Virus record (IMG/VR): IMGVR_UViG_3300020471_000006 | Span: 96,001-160,000 of that record | DNA: 64,000 nucleotides | DNA from: a virus | Lineage: Duplodnaviria; Caudoviricetes | Reading direction: 5' to 3' (one strand) | Shown here: piece after piece, positions 1 to 10,400 of the stretch | Position numbering within the stretch: position 1 is the first letter of the stretch | Layout of the letters: each line of letters opens with the position of its first letter | Program-made: the position numbers and the translations under genes | Notes under the pieces: model-generated | Databases searched by the model: none | What the model saw: the letters and a program-made list of their open reading frames with translations, nothing else | Told to the model about the DNA's origin: nothing

Positions 1-1
1 T

Positions 2-223
2 GACCCAGTTGTTCAGGCAGCAATGAAATCAATCCTCGCTCGCATGACTGAAGAGCATGACAGAGCATCCGCAGGAATCGCACCTCACACAGTTGAGGTT
101 TCACCAGTCAACTTTTTACAGGATGTATTGGATGACTTAGGCGACCCTCAACTCAGAGACCGTGAGCGTGAGGAGTATTTTAGGAACGGTTGGGGCGACA
201 GTCGCAACGGTTGCTACTACTAA
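2..223 (+). CDS. Hypothetical phage protein, probably 5'-truncated by the window edge
   Basis: Frame is open from position 2 (DPVVQAAMKSIL...) to TAA at 221-223 and is followed by a terminator. Confidence 0.6.
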   Translation, partial: DPVVQAAMKSILARMTEEHDRASAGIAPHTVEVSPVNFLQDVLDDLGDPQLRDREREEYFRNGWGDSRNGCYY

Positions 224-234
224 CAGTCTAGCAC

Positions 235-261
235 ACCCTGTCCCTGAGACAGGGTTTTTTT
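235..261 (+). terminator. Rho-independent terminator
   Basis: ACCCTGTC-cctga-GACAGGGT perfect 8-bp stem followed by a T run. Confidence 0.85.
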
Positions 262-337
262 GTGATCCCCCGACCGATGGGGTCGCCGAGCGAAAAACGT
301 GGAACCTTTGTAACCTACAAACGTTTCCCAGAGCGTG

Positions 338-344
338 ATAAATA
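338..344 (+). promoter_or_regulatory. T4-like late promoter (ATAAATA variant)
   Basis: gATAAATA downstream of the terminator and upstream of the ATG at 422. Confidence 0.55.
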
Positions 345-421
345 TAATTACGAAATTCATATTTCAAAACCTTGATTTTGAAAAAAATTTTCCAGCAAAA
401 AATTCGCCGAAAAAGTTTATC

Positions 422-607
422 ATGGCATATAGAGAGTTAAGTAAAGCAGAAAAGGTTGCGAGGTGGTTTAACCAACGAAGAATCGGAACTGCTATGCTGC
501 ATAAGAAAAGTATCCGATGGTTCCAAAAGAAAACTGGGTTATCGAATTACCAAATACAGTGGTTAAGTTTCGCTGAGGGTGTTATACTAGCAATAATCAT
601 ACTTTAA
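422..607 (+). CDS. Small hypothetical protein with hydrophobic C-terminus (possible membrane anchor)
   Basis: MAYRELSK...WLSFAEGVILAIIIL. ATG 422 preferred over GTG 335 because the late promoter lies inside the longer version. Confidence 0.65.
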   Translation: MAYRELSKAEKVARWFNQRRIGTAMLHKKSIRWFQKKTGLSNYQIQWLSFAEGVILAIIIL

Positions 608-610
608 AAA

Positions 611-844
611 ATGGCAGAAGTTACTACAAGTGAGATTCTAATGCAGATGATGCAACTGCAAAATAGAGTCAATGATGTCGAAAGACAACTAGATCGCCGT
701 TTGACACTTTTAGAGAAACGATTCGAACAATTCGAATTAGACTCAAGGTTCAAACAGGATCCTATAAATGACCCCCTTGCAGACTTGCCAGGTATGTCAG
801 GTGGTAAACCAGTGTCAAGTTTCGGCAAAGGAATGGGATTATGA
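611..844 (+). CDS. Hypothetical coiled-coil protein
   Basis: Heptad-like QLQNRVNDVERQLDRRLTLLEKRF; 3 nt after the previous stop; ATGA overlap with the next gene. Confidence 0.7.
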   Translation: MAEVTTSEILMQMMQLQNRVNDVERQLDRRLTLLEKRFEQFELDSRFKQDPINDPLADLPGMSGGKPVSSFGKGMGL

Positions 845-1113
845 CCAAAGAACAATTAAACTACTATGAAAAGGCGTTAGCAGATTTCGACCACTTTTGT
901 GATGAATTTGAAAACGCAGCAAACCGAAGATTTCAGGGGATAGATGATGACAGCAGACAACCACTCACTAACGAACAGATACAACGAGCAACTCCAGACG
1001 CTGTACAAGAGATTGAACAGCTTGGAGGAGAGGGTGAAGAATTTAGAACACCCTCAATTGATGTACAAGCCACCGCACTCGGAGGAATACTTGACGTTAG
1101 CGAAGACTCTTGA
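841..1113 (+). CDS. Hypothetical acidic protein
   Basis: ATGA translational coupling to the upstream ORF; protein-like composition. Confidence 0.65.
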   Translation: MTKEQLNYYEKALADFDHFCDEFENAANRRFQGIDDDSRQPLTNEQIQRATPDAVQEIEQLGGEGEEFRTPSIDVQATALGGILDVSEDS

Positions 1114-1162
1114 TGACATATATGAGAAGATTGATATTTTAGGACGCTATACAGGTGGATGA
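944..1162 (+). CDS. Hypothetical protein overlapping 841-1113 in the +1 frame
   Basis: SD-like CAGGGGA upstream; coiled-coil-like QLQTLYKRLNSLEERVKNLE; 3' end overlaps the next small ORF start. Confidence 0.55.
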   Translation: MMTADNHSLTNRYNEQLQTLYKRLNSLEERVKNLEHPQLMYKPPHSEEYLTLAKTLDDIYEKIDILGRYTGG

Positions 1163-1292
1163 AGAAACTTATAAAGAGATCATGTTAATTCATGACATTA
1201 TATCGATAAACACTCTACATCTTTCTATGGGTAAGTTTATCGATAGTGTACAGATAGCATTGGAGAATAAAGATGCCAGCAGCAGCGACTAA
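1155..1292 (+). CDS. Small hypothetical protein (45 aa, not in ORF track)
   Basis: GTG-DEETYKEIMLIHDIISINTLHLSMGKFIDSVQIALENKDASSSD-TAA fills the gap between 1162 and the PAAR gene. Confidence 0.45.
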   Translation: MDEETYKEIMLIHDIISINTLHLSMGKFIDSVQIALENKDASSSD

Positions 1293-1578
1293 AGGAAGTG
1301 AAGTAACTACTGGACATGGGTGTGATGCAACCACCACTATCGATGGTGGTGAGTCTTCTGTGCAGATTGGTGGTCAGGACGCTGCTGTCGTAGGTTCGAA
1401 CCTGACTACACATAATGCACCAGCAGGTGATAAGTGTTTGCCACATGCTACGAAAGTAACAGAAGGATCCTCAAGTGTCGAGGTGAATGGGAAAGCACTA
1501 GCAAGAGTTGGTGATGGTATATCATGCAGTGATGGTGGCGAGATCAGTTCAGGTAATACCAGTGTTATTGCAGGATAG
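1273..1578 (+). CDS. gp5.4: PAAR-repeat baseplate spike tip protein (T4 gp5.4-like)
   Basis: MPAAA...GHGC...HNAP...CLPH...EGSSSVEVNGKALARVGD..SC pattern with metal-binding His/Cys typical of PAAR proteins. Confidence 0.85.
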   Translation: MPAAATKGSEVTTGHGCDATTTIDGGESSVQIGGQDAAVVGSNLTTHNAPAGDKCLPHATKVTEGSSSVEVNGKALARVGDGISCSDGGEISSGNTSVIAG

Positions 1579-1596
1579 AGAATCTTGTGATATAAT
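1568..1596 (+). promoter_or_regulatory. Sigma70-type (early-like) promoter
   Basis: TTGCAG (1568-1573), 17-nt spacer, extended -10 TGa-TATAAT (1591-1596), 21 nt upstream of ATG 1618. Confidence 0.6.
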
Positions 1597-1617
1597 GGTG
1601 ATAGTTTATTTCAGTTT

Positions 1618-1767
1618 ATGGCAATCCGTAAATCAATTAGTGGGAACCTCGTTACGATTGAGGCAAAACCTAAAAAGACTCGTCAAGGGTCTGGTCAGCA
1701 TACTAAGTATTCTGCTTCTAGTAGAAACAGGGCTAAGAAACGTTATAGAGGACAGGGTAGAATATAA
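1618..1767 (+). CDS. Small very basic protein (49 aa, not in ORF track)
   Basis: MAIRKSISGNLVTIEAKPKKTRQGSGQHTKYSASSRNRAKKRYRGQGRI; directly behind the promoter; TAATG coupling to the next ORF. Confidence 0.7.
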   Translation: MAIRKSISGNLVTIEAKPKKTRQGSGQHTKYSASSRNRAKKRYRGQGRI

Positions 1768-1916
1768 TGAGTGAAGAATTTACTCGCATTGCTAATTCGC
1801 TTGAACGAATTGCGACTGCATTAGAGCATCTACATATCGAGAAAATCGATCATGCACATATAGATGACATTGGTGAGATACATGGAGATGTAATAACTCA
1901 TCCAAAACAGTTCTGA
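1767..1916 (+). CDS. Small His/Asp-rich protein (49 aa, not in ORF track)
   Basis: MSEEFTRIANSLERIATALEHLHIEKIDHAHIDDIGEIHGDVITHPKQF; start overlaps the upstream stop (TAATG). Confidence 0.65.
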   Translation: MSEEFTRIANSLERIATALEHLHIEKIDHAHIDDIGEIHGDVITHPKQF

Positions 1917-1961
1917 CCCGAACGCCGACCCCCCTATCGCCGAATCTCCGAGTGAGACATT

Positions 1962-2258
1962 ATGACATATAAAGCATTACCGAAATTCCTACATGTAAAA
2001 GATAGTCCTATAGCAGGTCAAGGTCTTTTTGCATTGGAAGATATTCCAGATGATGTTTATCTGGGTATATCCCACGTAGTAGTGGATGATACGATTATGA
2101 GGACACCTTTGGGTGGATTTGTAAATCATTCATATGAACCTAATTGTGCTAAAGACTTCGAGACTGAGGAGTGGGGGCAAATATATCATATGAGGACTAT
2201 TAGAGCTATTAAGAAGGGAGAAGAGTTATTTTTGAATTATACGTTTTATAGCGTCTAA
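1962..2258 (+). CDS. SET-domain protein (putative protein lysine methyltransferase)
   Basis: SET motifs IAGQGLFA (GxG), FVNHSYEPN (NHSxxPN) and GEELFLNY (EELxxxY). Confidence 0.85.
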   Translation: MTYKALPKFLHVKDSPIAGQGLFALEDIPDDVYLGISHVVVDDTIMRTPLGGFVNHSYEPNCAKDFETEEWGQIYHMRTIRAIKKGEELFLNYTFYSV

Positions 2259-2261
2259 ATA
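2255..2261 (+). promoter_or_regulatory. T4-like late promoter variant (CTAAATA)
   Basis: TAAATA core 24 nt upstream of the gp25 start. Confidence 0.5.
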
Positions 2262-2285
2262 AGTAGGAATATTCTTTCTACTTGT

Positions 2286-2681
2286 GTGGCGAAGTTAACG
2301 CAGTCCTTCAAGGATATATCTTTAGCTTTTAAAAAGCACCCTGTAACTGACGATGTAGTAGTTACAAAGGATAGTGCTGCGATTAAGCAGTCTATAACGA
2401 CATTATTATTAACCGACAGAGGCGAAAGACTGTTTCAACCCGATTTGGGTAGCAGTCTTCGCCGTTTTTTGTTTGAACCGCTAGATTATGCTACAGCAGG
2501 ACTGATAACAACATCAATTAGGCAATGTCTTGGTAGATTTGAACCAAGAATTAGGGTCAGTGCTTGTAGAGCAATACCTAATGATGTCGAAAATGGATTT
2601 GATGTTGAATTAACTTATAAAATTATTGGAACTACAATTCCACCAGTCACAGTAGACTTCTTTCTAGCTAGAACGAGATAA
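2286..2681 (+). CDS. gp25: Baseplate wedge subunit gp25
   Basis: SFKDISLAF...AIKQSI..LLLT..GERLFQPDLGS...LFEP...RFEPRI motif; position before gp6. Confidence 0.93.
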   Translation: MAKLTQSFKDISLAFKKHPVTDDVVVTKDSAAIKQSITTLLLTDRGERLFQPDLGSSLRRFLFEPLDYATAGLITTSIRQCLGRFEPRIRVSACRAIPNDVENGFDVELTYKIIGTTIPPVTVDFFLARTR

Positions 2682-4486
2682 TGCCATACACCCAGTTAAA
2701 CAATTTAGACTTTGTTGATATAAAAACTGCACTCAAAGATTACATGAGGGCAGAGACAGATTTTACTGATTATGATTTTGAAGGATCTGCACTAAGTCAA
2801 CTACTAGACGTACTTGCCTATAATACGTACTATACAGCGTTCAATACCAATATGGTAGTGAATGAACTGTTCTTGGATTCTGCGTCTCTGAGGGACAATG
2901 TGGTGTCTCTGGCGAAACAGTTAGGTTATACTCCCAAGTCAATTACTGCTGCAAAGTCTAATCTTAGTTTTAATGTCAACATTCCTAATAATGCACCTGA
3001 TTCTGTTACTTTGAAAAAGGGTAGTGGATTTTTAACAAATTTAGATGAGACTAGTTATCAATTTGTTGCTACAAAGGACTATAGAGCAGAGGTAGCAAAT
3101 AACGTTGCTGTGTTTGAAGATGTTGAATTAGTAGAGGGTACTCTTCTTAATACTATAACAACATATAATAGTGCTGTTAAGGGTCAGAGATTTTTAATTG
3201 AAAACTCTAATGTAGATATCAATACACTCACTATTAGAATATTTGATAATAGTAATAGCAGTGTTTCTACTGAGTTTAAGAAAGCAGACAATATTTTAGA
3301 TCCAACTATCGATAGTAATTCTAAAATTTACTTTGTGAATGAGATTGAAGATGAGAACTATGAAGTAATATTTGGTGACGGTATTCTAGGTCATAAACTT
3401 GAGAATGGTAATATCATTGAAATGTCTTATGTGATCACTCATGGCAAAGATGTCAATGGTGCTAAGGCATTTACATTTGGTGGTGTATTGACAGACGGTA
3501 CTATCAACATCAATGTTCCGTATAGTGTAAAGAACATAACTACATTACAAAAAGCATATGGTGGTGAAGATATAGAGAGTATCTCTAAAATCAAGTATCT
3601 TGCTCCTAAATTCTTCTCTTCTCAGAACAGAGCAGTGACTAGTTCTGACTATGAGGTTATTGCACGTAATGTATACCCTGCTATCAGTGATATTATTGTG
3701 TTTGGTGGTGAAGATCAAGTACCACCTGACTTTGGTAAGGTGTTTCTCTCAATTAAACCATCTGATGCTTCATTCCTATCTGCTTACACAAAGAAACAGA
3801 TACAGGATGACTTGAAGAAGTATTCTGTGGGATCTGTGAGACCTGTATTGGTGGATCCATCTATTCTATATGTCGAAATGGATTCGAAAATCAATTTCGA
3901 TGGTACGCTAACAGAATTACTTCCGCAACAAATAGCATCTAATGCTGCTAAGGCGATACTTGAATATTTGAAGACTTCTCAGACTGAAAAGTTCAATGGT
4001 AAGTTCAGATATTCGAAATTTATTAGTGTCATTGACGAATCAGATAGAGCAATCAAATCTAACCTAACCTCAATCACACTAAGGAAAGATTTCTATGCAC
4101 AGTTGAATTCATCTTCCTTCTATGAGATATGTTATCAGAATGCATTCGAGATTGAATGTGATGAACCAGTTGTATCATCTACAGGTTTCATAACACTAGA
4201 ATACCCAAACTATACCACGTATCTAGAGGATAGATCTGGCAAAATAGTCCTATATAGACTAGATTCAGTAACAGGCGAAAAAATTGTCTTAAATGACTCT
4301 TTGGGTGACATTAATTATGATCATGGTGAGATTGTATTGTATGATTTGACAATCATTCAAGGAAGTTTTTCAGATAATCGTATTGAACTGCGTGTAAAAC
4401 CTGCATCTAATGATGTCACTGTACTTAGAGAAGTATATCTTGACGTAGATGTAGCAAATAGTAAATTTACAGCGATTAAAGAGTAG
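2681..4486 (+). CDS. gp6: Baseplate wedge subunit gp6
   Basis: LDFVDIK..L...FTDYDFEGSALSQLLDVLAYNTYY...LDSASLRDNVVSLAKQLGYTP; FGDGILG; QNRAVTSSDY. Confidence 0.95.
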   Translation: MPYTQLNNLDFVDIKTALKDYMRAETDFTDYDFEGSALSQLLDVLAYNTYYTAFNTNMVVNELFLDSASLRDNVVSLAKQLGYTPKSITAAKSNLSFNVNIPNNAPDSVTLKKGSGFLTNLDETSYQFVATKDYRAEVANNVAVFEDVELVEGTLLNTITTYNSAVKGQRFLIENSNVDINTLTIRIFDNSNSSVSTEFKKADNILDPTIDSNSKIYFVNEIEDENYEVIFGDGILGHKLENGNIIEMSYVITHGKDVNGAKAFTFGGVLTDGTININVPYSVKNITTLQKAYGGEDIESISKIKYLAPKFFSSQNRAVTSSDYEVIARNVYPAISDIIVFGGEDQVPPDFGKVFLSIKPSDASFLSAYTKKQIQDDLKKYSVGSVRPVLVDPSILYVEMDSKINFDGTLTELLPQQIASNAAKAILEYLKTSQTEKFNGKFRYSKFISVIDESDRAIKSNLTSITLRKDFYAQLNSSSFYEICYQNAFEIECDEPVVSSTGFITLEYPNYTTYLEDRSGKIVLYRLDSVTGEKIVLNDSLGDINYDHGEIVLYDLTIIQGSFSDNRIELRVKPASNDVTVLREVYLDVDVANSKFTAIKE

Positions 4487-7400
4487 TGCAACAGACTGCG
4501 AAGAAAACCTCACTATTAATAGAAAATCAACTCGCTGGTTTTATCGGTGAGGAGTATGAGCTGTTTGGTAAGTTCATACAAAAGTACTATGAACAGTTAG
4601 AGTTACAAGGACAACCATTAGATATTGCGAATCATCTCGCAACATATCGTGATATCGATTTTTATGAGAAGAGTATCCTTAAACAGAGTGTACCATTAAC
4701 CCAGTTCGCACAAGCAACGGATGTGTCACTAACTGTGGGGGACACCAGTGCATTCCCTGATAGTGGTTATTTGCACGTTGATGATGAGATATGTTTCTAT
4801 AAGTCTAAATCAGCTACACAGTTCCTAGAGGTCAGTAGAGGAGTCTCAGGGAACACTGAGTTGGGAGATCTCTATAAGGAGTCTACATTCGTCACTACTA
4901 ATGCAGCAGATCATCAAATTTCTGCAAAAGTACATAATATAAGCAATCTTTTTCTCTTTGCTCTAGTAAAGAGTTTTGAATCTCAGTATTTGCCTGATTT
5001 TCCAACTGCGTTTCTTAATGATACTGTTGATCAACGTAATTTGATCAAAAATATTGCAGATTTTTACAAATCTAAGGGTACTGCTCAATCAATCAAGTTT
5101 CTCTTCAAATGCTTGGTTAAAAATGATCCAGAACCTGAAGTAAAATATCCTAGAGAACAGACTCTTAAGTCATCTGAGTCTACTTGGATAAAAAATTATT
5201 CTCTTAAGGCAAAACTCCTTTCTGGTACTCCAGAGTCATTTATTGGAAAACGCATCGTCCAAAACGTAGACGGGGCCTACGCTTCGGCGGTTATAGATAA
5301 TGTACTTTTCAATGGAACGTTTGATGGTGAGGATTTGTATGAATTGATCCTTGCTGAGGAAACAGTTAACGGAACGTTCTCATTATCATCAAAGACTACT
5401 CTTACTACTGATATAGATTATCAGAGCACTTCCGTTGATGTATTCTCTACATTGGGGTGGAGTGACAAAGGAAAGTTCACTATTGGCAATGAAACCTTCA
5501 CTTTTGATGAAAAGACTATAGATCAGTTCGTAATTAAGACTAGATCCGCATCTTCCTCACATTATGTTGGTGACTTAGTATATGACGCTGCGGAAGTTAC
5601 TGTTGGTACGGACTCTGTATTGATTCTTGGAGTATTATACAATGCTTCTCCTACACACCCAAGTCCATATGCTAATGTTGGAGAGAAACTTGAGATATCT
5701 GATCCTGGTTTTGTTAATACTGACGTAAAGATTTTTGATTCATCTAATAATATCAGATGGGATCTAACTTCTATAAAAGCAATCTTTGAAGATGGTGATG
5801 ATTACTACATTGCGTCACCAAACAATCAGTTGCGTATTCTTCCTAAAGAACCTACGTTAACTACTGAAATCTATAAAACCAACAATAAAGATATTGGTAT
5901 CTTCCTTGATGGTAGTATTGTTATGGGTGCAAGGCACACTGATAGTATACTCAATGGTGCAATTCAAAAAGTTGATGTTGTTACTAGAGGTAGCGGATAC
6001 GCTAAAGAACCATTTGTTCTTATAAACGACTCTCCTACCCTTGCAAGGGCAAAGTTAGCAGGTCAGGTAGTCGAATCAGTTATTATTGATACACCAATGC
6101 TGTACACCTCTACACCCACTGTAGAGATCACTTCTGGTAGAGGTGCAGTAGTTACTCCAATTATAACCAATGGTGCTATCACCAGTATTGTGGTAACGGA
6201 TCCAGGTGAATATTACTCATCTCCACCTGTGGTTAGAATTTTAGATTTAGCAGGTAAGGGAAGATTTGCGGAATACACAACTGAAGTGTCTAATGATGGT
6301 GAATTAACCGCATGTAACATAGTAACTGCTGGTAGTGGTTATAGTGCTGGTAATATACGTGTTGATATTATTGCTGTCGGATCTGGTGCTACTGGAACTG
6401 CTTCTATACGTTCTTGGACTAAAGACAGATATAATTTAACTGGTACGGATCCTGTACCTGCTGCATACAGAGCAAATGATACTGGAGCGTCCCATTCGCC
6501 TCTCTTAGGGTACGCATATGATGGCAACCCCATTTATGGTGCTTATGGATACGGTGATCCTCTAGACGCTTCTAGTGCTGTTACACTGATGACTAGTAGT
6601 TACTCTTTACGCTCTGCTAGAAGTCAAGGTCCATCAAAATCAACATATCCTCTAGGTACATTCTTCGAAGATTATGAATATACTCATAAGAGAGGAACTC
6701 TAGATCAAAATAATGGTAGGTTCTGTTTGACACCTGAGTATCCTAATGGTGTGTATGCGTATTTTGTTACTGTTGATGGTTCTACTCCAGTATTCCCATA
6801 TATCTTAGGTGAGAATTATTATGGAGTACCTAGAGATTCAAATTACAATCAATCATTAACTCATAATGATGTACCAAAGTCATCAACTAGGTTGAGAACT
6901 ACTGGTATTGCTAAGAATGGAGATAAAACAACTTTAATAGTTGATGAGATCAATACTGGTAGTATCTCTAGTGTAGAGGTTGTATCTAGTACCTCAACAT
7001 TCTCAGTTGGGTCTACAGTTGAGATTAATAATGAAGGTACAGGTGGTCATGGTGTTACTGCTGAGGTTTCTTCTGTAAAAGGAAAGGCAGTAGAATCTAT
7101 TGAGTCACAAGAGACTCAAGGATTATTGATCAATCTATCCAATACAGCATATCTCTTTGATGGAGATACTATAACACAAACAAATACTGGTTCTACTGGT
7201 AAGATTGTTGGTAATGTCTTTAGTGGTAGTACATTTACTCTTAGAGATGTAAATGGTGTATTTACATCTACAGATCAATTATATTCTAATACTCAAGTTA
7301 TAACTTTAATACTTGATGAAAATTCATCTTATACCAAAGGAGCAAATCTAGCATACACAGATGGTGTTGCTACTACTATTGCTATTGGAGAAGTATTAGA

Positions 7401-10400
7401 GAGTACTGCAAGTAAGAATACAGTTAAGGTTAAAGTAACAACTGGTGATTTTGTTGTTACTGATGACTATTTCATTAGAAGTAGTAATTTGATTGATAGT
7501 GTTGGTTCTAAACTTCTTAGTACCAATTCATTGAGTGCTGGACTTAACATATTCACTATTAATGACCATATAGCATTATTGAAAACTAATGGTAGTCATG
7601 GTGTTGGTATTGGTGATGATATTGAAATTGATATTAACCCTGATGATAGTGTCACCACAACTACACAGTATGTTAGAAGTAGAATATATCAGGAAGTCAC
7701 TTTTGTATCACCAGCAGTATCTACAACATTAAATGATTCTGGTATAGGAAGAATAACCATTCTTAATGGTGGTGAGGATTATACAGATAACTTTGCTACT
7801 CCTGACAACTATCGCAATATTGCTTTGAAAGGTGGTTCTGGTAGTGGAGCAACAGCAGACTTTCAGGTTGATCCTTCAGGTAGTGTTGTTTCAGTTATTG
7901 TTAAGAATAAAGGAACTGGATATAAGAAATCTGATATATTAACTGTTGGTGATGCTGATCTAGCAAAAACTGATCTGACTACACCTGCACTACAGGTTGA
8001 AGTTGATCATATTGGATTAGGAGTAACTAACACTATTGTTAATTTTGCTAGTAACATTGGATTTACAAAAGGTGATTACATTAAAATCGATGATGAGATT
8101 CTACTCTTACAAGAGAAGAATGTTGCAAATCAAGAATTCACTGTACAGAGAGGACAAAAAGGAACCAAAGCAGTAGACCACTATAATGGTGCTACAATCA
8201 CTTTAGATGTTCCAGGATATACTCTCAACAAAGGTTATAAGATTGGTGAAGCAGCTGGAGATCCAGTTATACAGTCATATGATCCTGTTACACAGAAAGC
8301 ACAAGTTGTTTGGGATTATGATGACACATTATCCACAATTATTCCTGTTTCGTTGAGTACTGTATTCTATGATACAAGTGAAGATAAGAGACTTGTGCGT
8401 GTAAGTACAAAGGGTGATCCAATTGAAGTATTTGAGTTTTCCACAGACCAAATAAATTTCTCCAGAAATCCTATACTAAACATTAAGAAATTCTATAGTT
8501 ACAAGTTTGATGTATCTCACTCTTCAATGAGTGACAGAGAATTTGATATATCTCCTAGTATCAATTATAACATTAATACTCCAGAGAAACTTGATTCTAA
8601 CAATATAGTCGATCTTAAATTAGGATTTGGTGCTAGAGTCGCTACAAACACCTATAGTACAAAAGTACCATTAAGTTATTCCAAGTATTATTATTTTGAT
8701 AGAAATGGTGGTACATCTAGTGAGACTGGTTATTTGAATGTGGTTGACGATCCACTTCAAGGTATCAAGAAAGCATTATATGTAACAAATGATACAGTTG
8801 TATATGACACTGGTGTGACAGCACCACATGACGGTTCTGGAACTGTCACATATACATCTATGTCTAAGTTCTCTGTTGGTGCTATTGACAAGATCAATGT
8901 TATCAACGTTGGTGGAGAATATAAGAAATTACCTTTAGTAGTTGGTGTTACTCCAACTGAAACGCTGAGATCCACTGCTATCACTGAGGTTTACAATGGT
9001 TCTATTAGTGGTGTAACTATAGTCAATGCTGGATCAAATTATTCTAAACCAAAAGTAATTGTTGAAGGTAATGCAGTTCTTACTCCAGTAGTGAACAATG
9101 GATCACTTACTGGTATTATTATAACAGATGCTGGATCTGATTATACTGTTGCACCAGAAGTAACTATTGTAGAATCTGACATTAGAGTATATCTTTCTAG
9201 TGTTGATATTGGTATTCCTAGAAATATACGCATCATTAACAATGGTGGTGCTTATCATAATGATACTACATTAGATTCTACTATTAGATCAAATTATATA
9301 CTTAAGGTATCTGATTTTACTACATTTAGAATTGGTGAAACTATAGTTCAAGGAGATACTGCTAGAGCAACAGTTACTGCATGGAGAGATGGATCAAATA
9401 TACTTTCTGTTAAAGATGTAACTGGTCTCTTTAGAGAAGGTTTAGAGATTAAAGGTCTTGCTAAAGGGAATACTGCAAAACTAGAAAGTATTTCATATAC
9501 TGAGTTTACACCAAATATCAAAACGTATTTTGATAATCTTGGATCATATAGTGATGATCAGGGTATTGTTAGTTCATCTAATCAAAAGATCACTGACACA
9601 TATTATTATCAGGACTATTCATACGTTGTTAAATCAAGGACTTCAATTGATATCTGGAGAGATTTAATAAAGAAAACTACTCACCCTGCTGGATTCCAGT
9701 TATTTGGTGAAGTACTTATTGAATCTGATGCACAGGCTAGCATGTCACCTATCACATCTAGTGATAGATCAAGTAGGATTCAATTATGGGATCCAAATAA
9801 AAATAAGATTACTGTTGTTAGCACTAAGAAGCAAATAACCGTTAATATTATTAAGACAGAACAACTTAAGGTTGAGCAGGGATTAGGTTCTGTATCACGT
9901 GATACATTCTCTACTGAAGAGATCAGAGCTAAGCAACTATTCCTTAATGCAGACTTTACTGGTGGATTTACTGATAAGGGTAATCTTGAAGGTCAGACAA
10001 CATTCGTTCTAGTAGACGTAAATGGTAATTCTGTATCTCCATATAATGCACAAGCATTGACTATAACTCTTGATGGTGTTATGCAAGAACCTGGTTCAGC
10101 ATATGCTGTCAATGGTAGTAACATTACATTCTCTTCACCTCCATTAGGTCCAAGAAACCAACTTGGTCAGGATATACCACAGGTTAAATTCTATTGTAGA
10201 TGGTTTGAATTTAAGACTGATGCATTGAATGCTAGGTATCTTAAGAAACTAAGAAATATCTATCAGAGATCTGGTACTTGGATTGATGCTGCTAACCAGT
10301 TATCAATGAATAGAGCATATATTCAGTCAGAGACATTAGGTTTCATTAAGGCAGAATATCCAGATCTATCATGGGGTACATTAGGTCCAACATGCCATAG

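Noticed and set aside
335-421. N-terminal extensions in the track (335, 36812, 53723)
   Set aside because: Downstream ATGs (422, 36845, 53759) fit a late promoter or ATGA coupling better.
1508-1774. 88-aa ORF from the track spanning the PAAR end
   Set aside because: It conflicts with the promoter at 1568-1596 and with the better-supported 1618-1767 ORF in another frame.
1917-1961. GC-rich 45-nt spacer before the SET gene as a possible RNA element
   Set aside because: No convincing stem-loop or start codon; too short to support a claim.
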